A stretch of 64,000 nt of DNA from an uncultured Bacteroidota bacterium (GTDB taxonomy: Bacteria > Bacteroidota > Bacteroidia > Bacteroidales > GCA-2748055): contig CAKZNC010000113.1 in NCBI GenBank assembly GCA_937129385.1, positions 5,360 to 69,359 of the forward strand, in the 5' to 3' direction. The notes beneath the pieces are model-generated. The model was not told where the DNA came from and ran no database searches. It worked only from the letters and a program-made list of their open reading frames with translations. The position numbers and the translations under genes are program-made. Positions 46,464 to 57,300 of this stretch are shown here, piece after piece; position 1 is the first letter of the stretch, and each line of letters starts with the position of its first letter.

Positions 46464-48602
46464 CTATCTCCCATAAAACACCTTTAGCCGGTTGTCTTCA
46501 ATATCGGCTTTTTCAAGCATCGCATTATACGCTTCGTAGGTTGTACGTGACCGCACACTGTTTTCCAGTCTGCTTTCAATGGGCCCCATTGAGGCAGTAG
46601 CATCACCCTCTTCCCTGTTGGTTACGGAGAGCACAAATACGCTGTTCTCACCGATATAGGGTCCGGCAAGTTTTTCGCTTGGAAGGTACATGGAGGCACC
46701 CACAATATAGGGTTCCATGCCGATGTCCTTCACAAAGGTGTTTGCAAACTGCACCTGGCTGGCGTTTGAGACCATGAGGTCCTGCTTGTTCGCCAACTCC
46801 TGGATGTCGGATGAAGCAGCGAGTTCCTCCTCCAGGGACGCAGCGATCACTTCACCTTTTTTCTGTTTTTTTACAGCCAGCTCTACCTCCATACGCACAT
46901 CCTCGAAATCTGCATAACCGTCATTATTGACTTCCGAAAGCGCGGCAACGATGTACTGGTCTTCCACTTCGAAGATCGTACTGACGTCACCCTCTTCGGC
47001 ATTGTAGGCCCATCCGATGATCTGGGCTGTGTTTCCCAGGCCGGGAATGGTACGTTGTTCTTTTGCAATATCAGGCACGATACGCGGGTCGAGCCCATAC
47101 TCTTTTGCCTGTTCCTCGAATTTGCTGTAATTGGTGGCTTTTCCCCGGAATTTGACCGCCCTGTTATAAAAGTCCTGGTCGGTCTGGTTACTGGGATAGA
47201 CACTGTGGTGAATCGTTGCGACCTGGTATTTCTGAACCGGAGGACTCTGGTTGGTGATCCTGATCAGGTGAACACCAAACCTGGTTTCTGTCTTGACGAG
47301 ATCACCTGTGTTGTTTTCAAATACAGCATTGTTGAAGGGTGTTTCCATGGTGCCTTCTGTAAACCATCCCAGGTCACCACCAATGCTCCTGTTGGACTCA
47401 TCGGCTGAAAACTCCATTGCGATGGCGGCAAAATCTCCACCATTCTCAAGTATGTTCATCAGGCTGTCTGCCACCTGTTCTGCGCGGTCGATGCTGCCAT
47501 AGATCGAATACCCGATCAGGATGTGACGGGCCCTTGCAGAATCAGGACGCAGCATCATCTCGTTGATCCTGGAGAGTTTGTATGCATTGTCTTCGAAATA
47601 GGGTCCGAACACCTCTCCCTCAGGAAGGGGAAGCAGTGAATCCTGTAATACCTCCGGCAATTCTGATTCCGTGTAATAGGTAGGGTCAAACGGCTCATCA
47701 GAAACACCATTCACATAGGAAACAACTTTGTTGTCTTCGGTCCTGGAAAACTCGTTTTTGGTTTGAACTGCCCACAACCTGGAATTCGCATCATCGGTTT
47801 CACTGGGAACCACTTCAAAAACGACATATTCAATCGTTCTTGATTCATCGGTGGCAAACTCTTCCTTGTGCTCGTTGTAATATTTTTTCAGTTCTGATTC
47901 AGAGACGGTGATCTCATCATCACTTACAGTTGCGAAATTACTGGCAACATAGTCGAAGTCGACGCGTTTGGAGGTCTCCTGGTAATAATCCTTCACATCC
48001 AGTGAGGAAGGCCTGAGACCTTTACTGATCAGTGTCAGATATTTCTGGTTCAGTCTCTCTTCAATAATCTCGTTCTCAATGAACAGCCAGCGTTCCTTCT
48101 CCTGCGCAAATTGTTCCTGTCCGAGCGAATTGAAATAATTCATCATGAGAAACCTGTTGAACTCCCCTGTCTCAGGGTTGGAGAACATCTGCCTGACGAT
48201 CGGGTGGGGCTCACTGAAGGCAGCCACTGAAGAACCACCCAGTCCGGCGCCCTGGTCACCCACAACCATGGCTTTGAGCTCATCGTTGCTGACCCTGATC
48301 CCGAGCTTGTCGTAGGATTGTCCCATAACAGATTTGCGCACCATCCTGCGCCATGTCTCATCTTCGATCTGTTGCTCCATCTGGGCATCAAGATTTTCGC
48401 CGTAATTCATCTTGTAGAAATTCAGCATGGTCTGCTGTTCAGCCCTGTAATCTTCTATCCCGTATGATTTACCATTGATCTCGGCTACCTTGTTCGTCGG
48501 TCTGATATTGAAATCTCCCAAAATGAATCCAAGCATAGCAAGGCCAATTACTATCATTACCAGTATTCCTGCCCTCTTTCTGATCGTTTCTAGCGTTGCC
48601 AT
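46464..48602 (-). CDS. PpiD/SurA-like periplasmic chaperone with a parvulin peptidyl-prolyl isomerase domain
   Basis: 712 aa. N-terminal TM anchor and a parvulin motif (ARHILIGY...GGDLGWFTEGTMETPFNNAVF). Confidence 0.85.
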   Translation of the reverse strand: MATLETIRKRAGILVMIVIGLAMLGFILGDFNIRPTNKVAEINGKSYGIEDYRAEQQTMLNFYKMNYGENLDAQMEQQIEDETWRRMVRKSVMGQSYDKLGIRVSNDELKAMVVGDQGAGLGGSSVAAFSEPHPIVRQMFSNPETGEFNRFLMMNYFNSLGQEQFAQEKERWLFIENEIIEERLNQKYLTLISKGLRPSSLDVKDYYQETSKRVDFDYVASNFATVSDDEITVSESELKKYYNEHKEEFATDESRTIEYVVFEVVPSETDDANSRLWAVQTKNEFSRTEDNKVVSYVNGVSDEPFDPTYYTESELPEVLQDSLLPLPEGEVFGPYFEDNAYKLSRINEMMLRPDSARARHILIGYSIYGSIDRAEQVADSLMNILENGGDFAAIAMEFSADESNRSIGGDLGWFTEGTMETPFNNAVFENNTGDLVKTETRFGVHLIRITNQSPPVQKYQVATIHHSVYPSNQTDQDFYNRAVKFRGKATNYSKFEEQAKEYGLDPRIVPDIAKEQRTIPGLGNTAQIIGWAYNAEEGDVSTIFEVEDQYIVAALSEVNNDGYADFEDVRMEVELAVKKQKKGEVIAASLEEELAASSDIQELANKQDLMVSNASQVQFANTFVKDIGMEPYIVGASMYLPSEKLAGPYIGENSVFVLSVTNREEGDATASMGPIESRLENSVRSRTTYEAYNAMLEKADIEDNRLKVFYGR

Positions 48603-48748
48603 TTAATATAAATTTCAGTTACAGTTTTAATCATTTTTTTTAAGCGTACGAATATAGTAATAATAGGTTGAAACAAAAAAAGAAGTTGGAGATAAAAACA
48701 CTCCCTATTTAGGTAGAAAAGAGGCAAATATGAAAAATGCAGGGAAAC

Positions 48749-50011
48749 TCACCCAACGGTCATCTCCACAAGCTCAACACGATTGGCACTCACTTTGATG
48801 ATCTTCATCTCGAACCTGTCAATTCGAATGGTCTCATTGGGGCCGGGAATATTTTTAAGGTGGTGGATGATGAAGCCCGCAAGGGTATCATATTCTTCCG
48901 ATTCAGGAATGTTCAGCTGGAAAGTTTCGTTGAGGAACTGGATCTCATGCCGACCCGACAGTCTGAATTCCGTCTCGCTGATCTGCTGACCGATCAGGTC
49001 GATGGTATCGTGCTCATCCTGGATCTCGCCGAATATTTCTTCGATCACATCTTCAGAGGTGATCAGACCAGAGGTTCCTCCGAATTCATCCAGGACCACT
49101 GCGATGCCTTTCCGGTCCTTGATGAAAGATTTCAGGATGCGGTTCACGGGGAGTGTCTCGGGCACCACCGGAAGTGTCTTCAGGTAGTTTCCGATGTGCT
49201 CTGGGTTCTGGAACATATCCTTGGAATTCACATAGCCGATCACATTGTCGATGTTCTCTCTGAAGATCAGGATCCGGCTGAGTCCGGTTTCGATAAATGT
49301 GTCAATGAGCTGCTGAATCGGACTTTCGATATCCATTGCGATGATCTCCGTTCGGGGGATCATGCAGTCACGTACTTTCAGTTCCGAGAGTTCAAGTGCA
49401 TTCTTAAATATCTTGATGTCCTGGGTCACCGATTCATCTTCTTCAGTTTCCGGGTTGCTTTCAAGGACAAGGTGGCTCAGGTCGATCTTCCCGAAAACGG
49501 TCTGTCCGGAGATCCCTTCCATTCTTACCTTCAGGATGTGACGCATTGTAAAATTGGAAATACCAATGGACAGAAGGGAGATGGGGTAGAGCAATACATA
49601 AAAGACCAGGACCGGGATGGAGAAAACCCTGAGGGCCCCGTTGGGGTTGATCCGGAACAATGCCTTCGGAAGGAATTCTGCTGTCAGCAGTATCAGGAGT
49701 GTGGATATTACAGTTTGCACAAGCAGGATCAACGGCTCGCTTTCCGTATTCAGCATAACTGCGATCGGCTCCTCAAGCATGCGTGCGAATGCGATCCCGT
49801 AGATCACAAGTGCGATGTTGTTGCCGACCAGCATCGTGGCAATGTACCTCGCCGGATCACGTGTGAACAGGGAGATGATCCTTGAAGCAAATGCCTTGTG
49901 TTTTTTATCGATCTCGATCCTCAGTTTATTGGAGGTCAGAAAGGCGATCTCCATGCCTGAGAAAAATGCTGAAAACAGTAGTGAGATCAGTATAATGAAT
50001 ACGTCGGGCAT
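48749..50011 (-). CDS. DUF21-CBS-CorC_HlyC hemolysin-family membrane protein (GldE-like)
   Basis: 420 aa. Four N-terminal TM segments, a CBS pair, and a CorC/HlyC C-terminal domain. Same architecture as GldE. Confidence 0.85.
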   Translation of the reverse strand: MPDVFIILISLLFSAFFSGMEIAFLTSNKLRIEIDKKHKAFASRIISLFTRDPARYIATMLVGNNIALVIYGIAFARMLEEPIAVMLNTESEPLILLVQTVISTLLILLTAEFLPKALFRINPNGALRVFSIPVLVFYVLLYPISLLSIGISNFTMRHILKVRMEGISGQTVFGKIDLSHLVLESNPETEEDESVTQDIKIFKNALELSELKVRDCMIPRTEIIAMDIESPIQQLIDTFIETGLSRILIFRENIDNVIGYVNSKDMFQNPEHIGNYLKTLPVVPETLPVNRILKSFIKDRKGIAVVLDEFGGTSGLITSEDVIEEIFGEIQDEHDTIDLIGQQISETEFRLSGRHEIQFLNETFQLNIPESEEYDTLAGFIIHHLKNIPGPNETIRIDRFEMKIIKVSANRVELVEMTVG

Positions 50012-50012
50012 G

Positions 50013-50195
50013 CTATTTGTTTAATATGCGGATTCGTCTTCTCCGGTAGTACATCACCAGTGCAAGCAGGGCAAATAGCAGGTAGTACCAGCTTTCAGAT
50101 ATCCCGCTGTCAATGGTCATGTCGATACCGATGAACAGGAACAGTCCGCCAATTACAAACCACAACACCTCCAAAATTGTTCCGGCTTTATTCAT
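50013..50195 (-). CDS. Small two-TM hypothetical protein
   Basis: 60 aa, tightly packed between lptC and the gldE-like gene, with two hydrophobic helices and a basic tail. Confidence 0.45.
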   Translation of the reverse strand: MNKAGTILEVLWFVIGGLFLFIGIDMTIDSGISESWYYLLFALLALVMYYRRRRIRILNK

Positions 50196-50748
50196 CTTCT
50201 TGAATATTTACTACCCCTTTTGATCCGATCAGCGTGTAATCGGTGAGTGATTGATTTGATTTAAATCCGTTCTGACCGTAAAAGGTCCCGTTCTCATTCA
50301 CGATCCGCGTGTAACTTTCAGAATAGATCTCCTCCTTCTCCTCATCCCAGAAGAGCTCCTCGGTGTCGAGCCGCTCCCCGGATTTGAAATTTTCGGCGAC
50401 CACGTTACCCTTGGCGTGCCACAATTTCTCCTCGTTATAGTAGATCGCATAGTTGGCACGGATCTCCGACTCGATCTCCATGCTGTCATCGAAAAAATGG
50501 ACCTTCATTCCTTTTGGAAATTCACTGTATGGCTTCTCAGCATTGTTGAACTGCTTGAGCTCTTCTGCATACATGTGCACCTTCACTATAGCCGAATCGC
50601 TGTAGATCACTTCGATGTCTTCCCCGATGACATCCGGGTAGTCACCCGAGGTGTTGAGCATGTTGATCTTCTCAATATCATTTTCACACCCCTGCACCAG
50701 GAGTATGAAAGTGAACACCGCAAGTGATCTGTATATCGTGTTTCTCAT
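50188..50748 (-). CDS. lptC: LPS export system protein LptC
   Basis: The ATG at 50748 (MRNTIYRSLAVFTFILLVQGC) gives 186 aa with a lipoprotein-like signal. Beta-jellyroll-like composition. The track TTG start at 50805 was rejected. Confidence 0.65.
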   Translation of the reverse strand: MRNTIYRSLAVFTFILLVQGCENDIEKINMLNTSGDYPDVIGEDIEVIYSDSAIVKVHMYAEELKQFNNAEKPYSEFPKGMKVHFFDDSMEIESEIRANYAIYYNEEKLWHAKGNVVAENFKSGERLDTEELFWDEEKEEIYSESYTRIVNENGTFYGQNGFKSNQSLTDYTLIGSKGVVNIQEDE

Positions 50749-50839
50749 TGAAAAAAAACTGCCTCCAAAGTTAATGAACCTGTTCAACAAACGAAAAGTT
50801 CTCAACCTTGCAGGCAGTCTTATTTTTAGCTGTATATGG

Positions 50840-52180
50840 TTACCTCGGTCTTACCGTGGTATATTCGTTGATGCATCCTTTCACAAGGTATGAGTCACCC
50901 TCTTTTAAAGTCCTGAAAAAGATCGTCTCTTTATCCGGATACTGCGAAACGTAGTTGCTAATCCTTGAATTGGCTTCATCAGCAACCGATCCGTCCACAT
51001 TTTTGGCCTTGATATATTTGTCTGCTGCAGCCCAGAATGCGGTTCGCTGATCAAAATCCTCACCCAGGTTGGTCCTGCTCTCAACATAAAGGTCTCCCAG
51101 TAAGATATAAGCATCGCCTAAGTTGGGATTGTTCTTCACAGCTTCCCGTGTAAATTCAATAGCTTTACAGGTATTTCCCTGTACCCTTGTCACCTGTGCA
51201 AGCTCATAGTAATAACCTGCAAGCGTTTCATTGTCCGTATCTCCCCCCACTGCTTCCAGGTAATAAGTGGAAGCCTTTTCATAGTCCTCCTTGGCCACCA
51301 GCAAACGTGCAAGTTTGTAAGCCGACTCATGAGAGGGGTTGATCTTATATAACTGCTCAGATGCCCTGACATACATATCAGACCGGTCACATGCACTGGA
51401 GTAATAAAAATCGATCATTTTATTGAGGAATTCCTCGTCATTCTTATTGGCCTCAAAGCGAGGTTCGTAATAACTGTTCAGTGAATTACAATCCAGGATG
51501 TTGGCATCCAGCATAAAATCATCCACATTCTCCTTGGCCCTCAGCCAGCGCCTGTTGCTCGAATTCTTTTCCAGGTTTGCATCGATAATCTCACTCGCCA
51601 TGAAATAATCATCAATGGCCTGGTTGGTGGTCACTACCCCTGCCTTATTGAGGGACACGCTTGAATTTATAAAAAGGATCACCACAGCATCGCGGGCTTT
51701 ATCTTGATCCAGCTCGATGCTTTTCTTCAGGTAATTGTATGCCTGCTCGATAGATTCAAGGTTGTCTTTCCTGTAACGAAGCAGGTCAATGGCCTTACGA
51801 CCCAGTACATTTGCCTCATCGTTGAAATATTCCATCCTCCGGTCGTAGATCAGCATGATCGTATCGATCAGACCTTCGGCGACATCAGGATTCTTTTCAC
51901 CTGAAACGAATTTCTTGTACATCTTCACTCCGTCGACATACATGGCTTCACTGGATGCGGGGCATTCATCGAACACCTTTCGCCATGATCCGATGGCGTC
52001 GTTGTAATTGTTGTGCTTGAAGAACTCCTTATAAAGAGAGAGATTCATCAGGCAATTGATACTGTCTTGTCCGCTTCCATACTTAGAGCCTTCATCGACA
52101 CCTTTCTGTGACATCGCCGGCGTAAGTATGAAAATTGTTAGCGCGGTGATTATCAGCGACCTAAATGTTACAGTTTTCAT
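50840..52180 (-). CDS. Tetratricopeptide-repeat protein (secreted)
   Basis: 446 aa. Signal peptide and repeated TPR-like A/Y/L helical pairs (YYELAQVTRVQGNTCKAIEFTREAVKNNPNLGDAYILLGDLY). Confidence 0.75.
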   Translation of the reverse strand: MKTVTFRSLIITALTIFILTPAMSQKGVDEGSKYGSGQDSINCLMNLSLYKEFFKHNNYNDAIGSWRKVFDECPASSEAMYVDGVKMYKKFVSGEKNPDVAEGLIDTIMLIYDRRMEYFNDEANVLGRKAIDLLRYRKDNLESIEQAYNYLKKSIELDQDKARDAVVILFINSSVSLNKAGVVTTNQAIDDYFMASEIIDANLEKNSSNRRWLRAKENVDDFMLDANILDCNSLNSYYEPRFEANKNDEEFLNKMIDFYYSSACDRSDMYVRASEQLYKINPSHESAYKLARLLVAKEDYEKASTYYLEAVGGDTDNETLAGYYYELAQVTRVQGNTCKAIEFTREAVKNNPNLGDAYILLGDLYVESRTNLGEDFDQRTAFWAAADKYIKAKNVDGSVADEANSRISNYVSQYPDKETIFFRTLKEGDSYLVKGCINEYTTVRPR

Positions 52181-52203
52181 CGTTCAAAGTTTTCCAAAAA
52201 AAG

Positions 52204-53511
52204 TTAGTCAAATTTTCTCTTGAAGAACCAGAGATCATGCAAAGTTACACTAAATGTAAGAATACCATAATTTTCCTTGATCAAATTGTTCTCCAGGGTA
52301 CCCCTCGTACCCATTGTAAATGCTACGTTCATTGATGACCTGGTTCTACCCAGTGGTAAACCTACCCCAAAAGTTATGCCATAATCTTTGAGCTGGTAAT
52401 CCCCTACCTGCACATATGCATCCTTCATGTATCCTCCGACCCTGTAGCTCATGAGGTTATGGTATCCACGAAACGCTTCGAAATCGGGGGTATATTCAAC
52501 TCCGGCATGCATCGACCTGGAAGGGGCCAGGTCAAATCCCTCGGTGTAAAGCGATGAATTATCCACCGATTGCCAGTCCTGCTGGTAATAATCGGCAGTT
52601 ACAGTAAGTTTTCCCGGTATCCCGACTGCCAGTCCGATGCCGGTCTTTGCAGGGATCACGATGTCTTGCTCCGAAACATCGCTGGTGATATCAAATATAT
52701 TCGTGATCAATGTAGAGTCGATGAAGCCACTTGATCCGACAAATTTATTTGTGATCGCATTGTTAAATGCTGAATTGAGCTTTGCTTCCATGTCGTACGT
52801 GGCTGCGAGTGTAAAGAAGAAGTTCTCACCGATGACCTCCCTGTACTGGAGGCCGAAGCCGAAATAGACATTGCTGATATTGATCTCCTCGTAGGCACGG
52901 GTTTCAGCAAATCCAGGATTCCGCGGGAAGATGAGCGCTCGCTCCCTGGAGATATCGCCCAGGAGGTAGTTCATGTTGACTCCCACAGAGACCCTTTCGA
53001 ATGCCTTTGCGGAGATCCCGGCGAAATATTTCAGTATACCCCCCTGTCCCCTGTAATAGTAATCAATGGCATCCCCGGTACCGAGGTCATCGTATTCCTG
53101 TTTAATATTATATCCCACCGAACTGTACGGTACGATACCGGTTCCCAGGGCGAAATTATTCCCTACAGGTATCGACAATGCGATATGGTGAAAATTGATG
53201 TTGTACCACCGGTTGGAAAATCGGTTGGTACGGTAGTCATTCATGTAGCCGGTCATCCCGAAGTCCAGCAGGACCGACATACTGTCCCGGGCGGCATAGG
53301 CTGCCGGGTTCATGTAATTTAGCTTGTTCGCATCGCGGATCGCGAGACCCGTTCCACCCATTGCCGCGCTCTGCCCGAATCCTCCGTGGGCCAGGTCGCC
53401 AAGTCCGAACCTTGTGTATGGGGAATAGGTGTTTACCTGTGAAATAGCCGGGGTGACAAGTATCGAGAATAGAACTGCCAGGATGCTAATTCGATTTTTC
53501 TTTCTGTGCAT
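52204..53511 (-). CDS. Outer-membrane beta-barrel protein (FadL/porin-like, function unknown)
   Basis: 435 aa. Signal peptide, alternating-hydrophobic beta-strand pattern, aromatic C-terminus (...LHDLWFFKRKFD) and an NPAAYA motif near the N-terminus. Confidence 0.6.
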   Translation of the reverse strand: MHRKKNRISILAVLFSILVTPAISQVNTYSPYTRFGLGDLAHGGFGQSAAMGGTGLAIRDANKLNYMNPAAYAARDSMSVLLDFGMTGYMNDYRTNRFSNRWYNINFHHIALSIPVGNNFALGTGIVPYSSVGYNIKQEYDDLGTGDAIDYYYRGQGGILKYFAGISAKAFERVSVGVNMNYLLGDISRERALIFPRNPGFAETRAYEEINISNVYFGFGLQYREVIGENFFFTLAATYDMEAKLNSAFNNAITNKFVGSSGFIDSTLITNIFDITSDVSEQDIVIPAKTGIGLAVGIPGKLTVTADYYQQDWQSVDNSSLYTEGFDLAPSRSMHAGVEYTPDFEAFRGYHNLMSYRVGGYMKDAYVQVGDYQLKDYGITFGVGLPLGRTRSSMNVAFTMGTRGTLENNLIKENYGILTFSVTLHDLWFFKRKFD

Positions 53512-54232
53512 TGTAGTCTAAAATTCTGTTTAATCCTATCAGGTTCAGATGCGAGACCACAAAGATGCTATTTTTTAGTCGTTTATCAAAAGAATTTGCG
53601 TCACCACCGGTCAGAACAACCTTGAGCTTCTTGTATTTTCCGGATATGTCTGATATATAGCCCTCTATCTCATGGACCAGTCCGTTTACCACGCCCGAAA
53701 TGATGGCCTCGTCGGTGGTTGTTCCGAGCATTCTTACGGCATCATCTTCAGGTAAGAGGTAGGGCAGCCTGCTGGTAAATTTATGCAGTGCCTTGAACCT
53801 CATTTGCATCCCCGGTGAAATATTTCCCCCGATGTATTCTCCCCTGTCTGTGACCACATCAAAAGTAATGGCGGTCCCCGCATCTATTACGAGAACGTTC
53901 CTTTCCGGAAAAATAGTGTGCGCCCCGGTAACAGCCGCGATCCTGTCATAACCCAGTCTGTCCGGCGTTTTGTATAGGTTCACCAGGGGCAGGGGGGTCT
54001 GACTCGTCAGCTCCAGGAAGACATCAAAGGTGGCATCCAGGTAATCGCTCAGCTCCCGGGAATGATTTACCACGCTGGAGATGATCGCCCCCTTCAACTC
54101 CTTGTAACTGGAGATAAAATAGGCGATCTCCCTGTTCGATATTTTCTCGGAGATGGCACTCTCAATGATCTCTGTCCCCTCACATACCGCAATTTTTGCG
54201 TAGCTGTTTCCAAGGTCAATTACCAGGTTCAT
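53486..54232 (-). CDS. coaX: Type III pantothenate kinase
   Basis: 248 aa with the N-terminal LVIDLGNSYAKI motif and VIDAGTAITFD. Confidence 0.9.
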   Translation of the reverse strand: MNLVIDLGNSYAKIAVCEGTEIIESAISEKISNREIAYFISSYKELKGAIISSVVNHSRELSDYLDATFDVFLELTSQTPLPLVNLYKTPDRLGYDRIAAVTGAHTIFPERNVLVIDAGTAITFDVVTDRGEYIGGNISPGMQMRFKALHKFTSRLPYLLPEDDAVRMLGTTTDEAIISGVVNGLVHEIEGYISDISGKYKKLKVVLTGGDANSFDKRLKNSIFVVSHLNLIGLNRILDYNAQKEKSN

Positions 54233-54323
54233 CTATCTCTTTTTAATGCATTCAATTTATCCACAGTCCGAAAGGTAAATCAAAAATAAGCGGCTGTATT
54301 TAAATTTTTTTAACGTTTCCGGC

Positions 54324-57300
54324 TCACCCTTCATCATTCAGCTGTTCAAGTATGCTGAATGTTTTATCGATGGTCCCGACATTGTTCACCCTGAAACTCA
54401 ATCGCTCTTTGTCCTGTCGCATCCTGAACATTTTCGGATTTCGCTGGATGTTCCCGATGATCCTGGTGAAAACATCCGACCGGTAGAACAGTGAATCAGG
54501 ATTGCTCACAAAGTACGCGATCAGCGCACTGTTTTTCAAGATAATCTTTTCAACACCGGTCCGCATGGCGAGCCATCTCAGCCGCACAACAGCAAGTAGT
54601 TCGGAGGCTTCTTCCGGCAGCGGACCGAAGCGGTCTTCCAGCATTTGCCTGAACTGCGCGAGGGAGGCCTCATCTTCAATATTGTCCAGATTGCGGTAGA
54701 GATGCATCCGTTCAGAGGTGTTGGCAATATAGGATTCAGGCAGCAATAGCTCCATGTCGGTGTCGATCTGACAATCGGGGGCAAAGGTGCGCTCTTTCCC
54801 GGTGACAGTGGTGGTTTCATGCTCAAAGAGATCGGAGAATACCCCGTCTTTCAGCTCCTGGATCGCTTCGTTGAGGATTTTGTGGTAGGTTTCAAACCCG
54901 ATATCTGCAATGAAACCGCTCTGCTCTGCACCCAGCAGGTTTCCTGCCCCCCGGATATCCAGGTCCTGCATGGCAATGCTGAACCCGCTGCCCAGACCGG
55001 AGTACTCTTCGATGGCCTTCAGCCTTCGTCTTGCCTCCTGCGTCAGCAGCGTGATGTGGGGGGCAAACAGGTAGCAGAATGCCTTCTTGTTCGACCGTCC
55101 CACGCGACCCCGGAGCTGGTGCAGGTCACTCAGTCCGAAATGGTGTGCATTGTTGATAATTATTGTATTGGTGTTGGGAATGTCGAGTCCCGATTCGATG
55201 ATCGAGGTGGCAATCAGCACATCATGCTCCCCGTTCATGAACCCCAGCATCACCTTCTCGAGTGCCTTTCCGTCCATCTGACCGTGTGCCACGACGCTCC
55301 TCACATGCGGAACCAGCTTGTCTACCATCTCCTTCACCTCCCCGATGTTCTGTACCCGGTTGTGGATGAAGAACACCTGTCCGCCACGGCTCACTTCATA
55401 TTCGATCGCCTCGCGGATGATCTCCTCGTTGAACGGGTGCAGTTCTGTGATGATGGGATGCCGGTTGGGGGGCGGCGTGTTGATGATCGACAAATCACGT
55501 GCGCCCATGAGTGAAAACTGAAGGGTACGCGGGATGGGCGTTGCCGTGAGGGTGAGGGTGTCGACGTTAAGCTTGATCTGTTTCAGCTTCTCCTTGACCG
55601 ATACCCCGAATTTCTGCTCTTCGTCGATGATCAGCAACCCCAGGTCTTTGAACTTTACTTGCTGGCCCACCAGCTTGTGGGTGCCGATGATGATGTCAAG
55701 GGATCCCTCTTTCAGTCGCTTCAGGATCTGTGTCTGCTCCCCGGCTGTTCTGAACCTGCTGATGTAATCCACCGAGCAGGGAAAATCCTTCAGCCTGTTC
55801 TTAAAGGTGTTGAAATGTTGAAATGCCAGCACCGTGGTGGGCACCAGTACAGCCACCTGCTTGCTGTCCGAAACCGCCTTGAAGGCTGCACGGATGGCCA
55901 CCTCTGTCTTCCCGAATCCCACATCCCCGCAGATCAGCCGGTCCATTGGGAATTCCGCCTCCATCCCTGTTTTGAAATCCTTCGTGGCCTTGTCCTGGTC
56001 GGGTGTGTCTTCATAGATAAAGGAGGCTTCCAGCTCTTTCTGCAGGTAGGTATCGGCTGAAAATGAAAATCCCTTCTGTTCACGCCGTTTGGCATAGAGC
56101 GAGATCAGCTCCCCGGCGATGTCCTTCACCTTACTCTTGGTCTTCTGCTTCAGCTTCTGCCACGCCCCGGTCCCCAGTTTGTATACGCGCGGCGATTGTC
56201 CCTCTTTTCCCTTGTATTTCGAGATCTTATGCAGGGAGTGGATGTTCACGAACAACACATCGTTGTCTTTGTACACCAACCGCACTGCCTCCTGCTTTTT
56301 CCCGTTCACATCGATCCGCTCCAGTCCGCCGAACTTCCCGATCCCATGATCCACATGCACCACATAGTCGCCGGGATGCAACCCGGATAGCTCCTTGACC
56401 GAGAGCGCCTCTTTTTTCGTAAACCGATCGTGAAGTTTGAACTTATGGTACCGGTCAAATATCTGGTGGTCGGTATAGATCGCCACCCCCAGGTCCTGGT
56501 CGGTAAACCCTTCATGAAGCGTTGTCACCCCCTCCTCATACTGCAGCCCGGGGTTGATCTCATCGAAGATGGCGCGGAGCCGTTCGTGTTGTCCCTTGCT
56601 TTCCGAGAGGATGAAATTCTGAATTCCATTGCCGCTGTTGTCGTTCAGCATTTTGGCCAGCAGCTCAAAATCCTTGTTGAAGGGGGGCTGTGGCTCCGTA
56701 TTGAACTGCCAGCTGTTGGCCGCTGCAGGCAGAACAGGACGTGTGAACTCCACCCGGTCGTGCTCTAGCAAATGTTTACGGAGCACCGGTTCGCGAACAA
56801 GCAGTTCGTCTTTCACGAGGGAATCATCACCTGTGTCATCGATCTCTGTCTTTTCGTACACCTCTTCGATCCGCTGCAGGATCAGCTCCAGGTCGTCCAG
56901 CCAGATGGTGGTGTTGGAAGGAATGTACTCCAGGAATGAAACCCTTTTCTCACCCAGGTCCTTTTCCCACTGGACATTGGGGATGACCGACACACGTTTG
57001 AGTTGGTCACTTGAACGTTGCGATTCCACATCGAACAACCTGATTGAATCCACCTCGTCACCGAAAAAATCGACGCGGTAGGGCTGACTCGAGGAGAAGG
57101 AGAAGATATCGGCGATCCCGCCCCGGATTGCATATTGACCCGGTTCGTAAACAAAATCAACCAGCTGGAAGTTGTAGGTTTCCAGCACCTCCTCCAGGAA
57201 CTCCATGGAGAGGTTCTCTCCAGTTTTGATCTCCAGGGTGTGACGTCCCAGCTCAGCACGGGTCAATACGCGTTCAATCATTGCCTCAGCATAGGAGATG

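Noticed and set aside
48737-49885. A 382-aa plus-strand ORF antisense to the GldE/CorC-like gene.
   Set aside because: The minus-strand product has a clear DUF21-CBS-CorC architecture. The plus-strand translation has no motifs and an odd composition. Shadow ORF.
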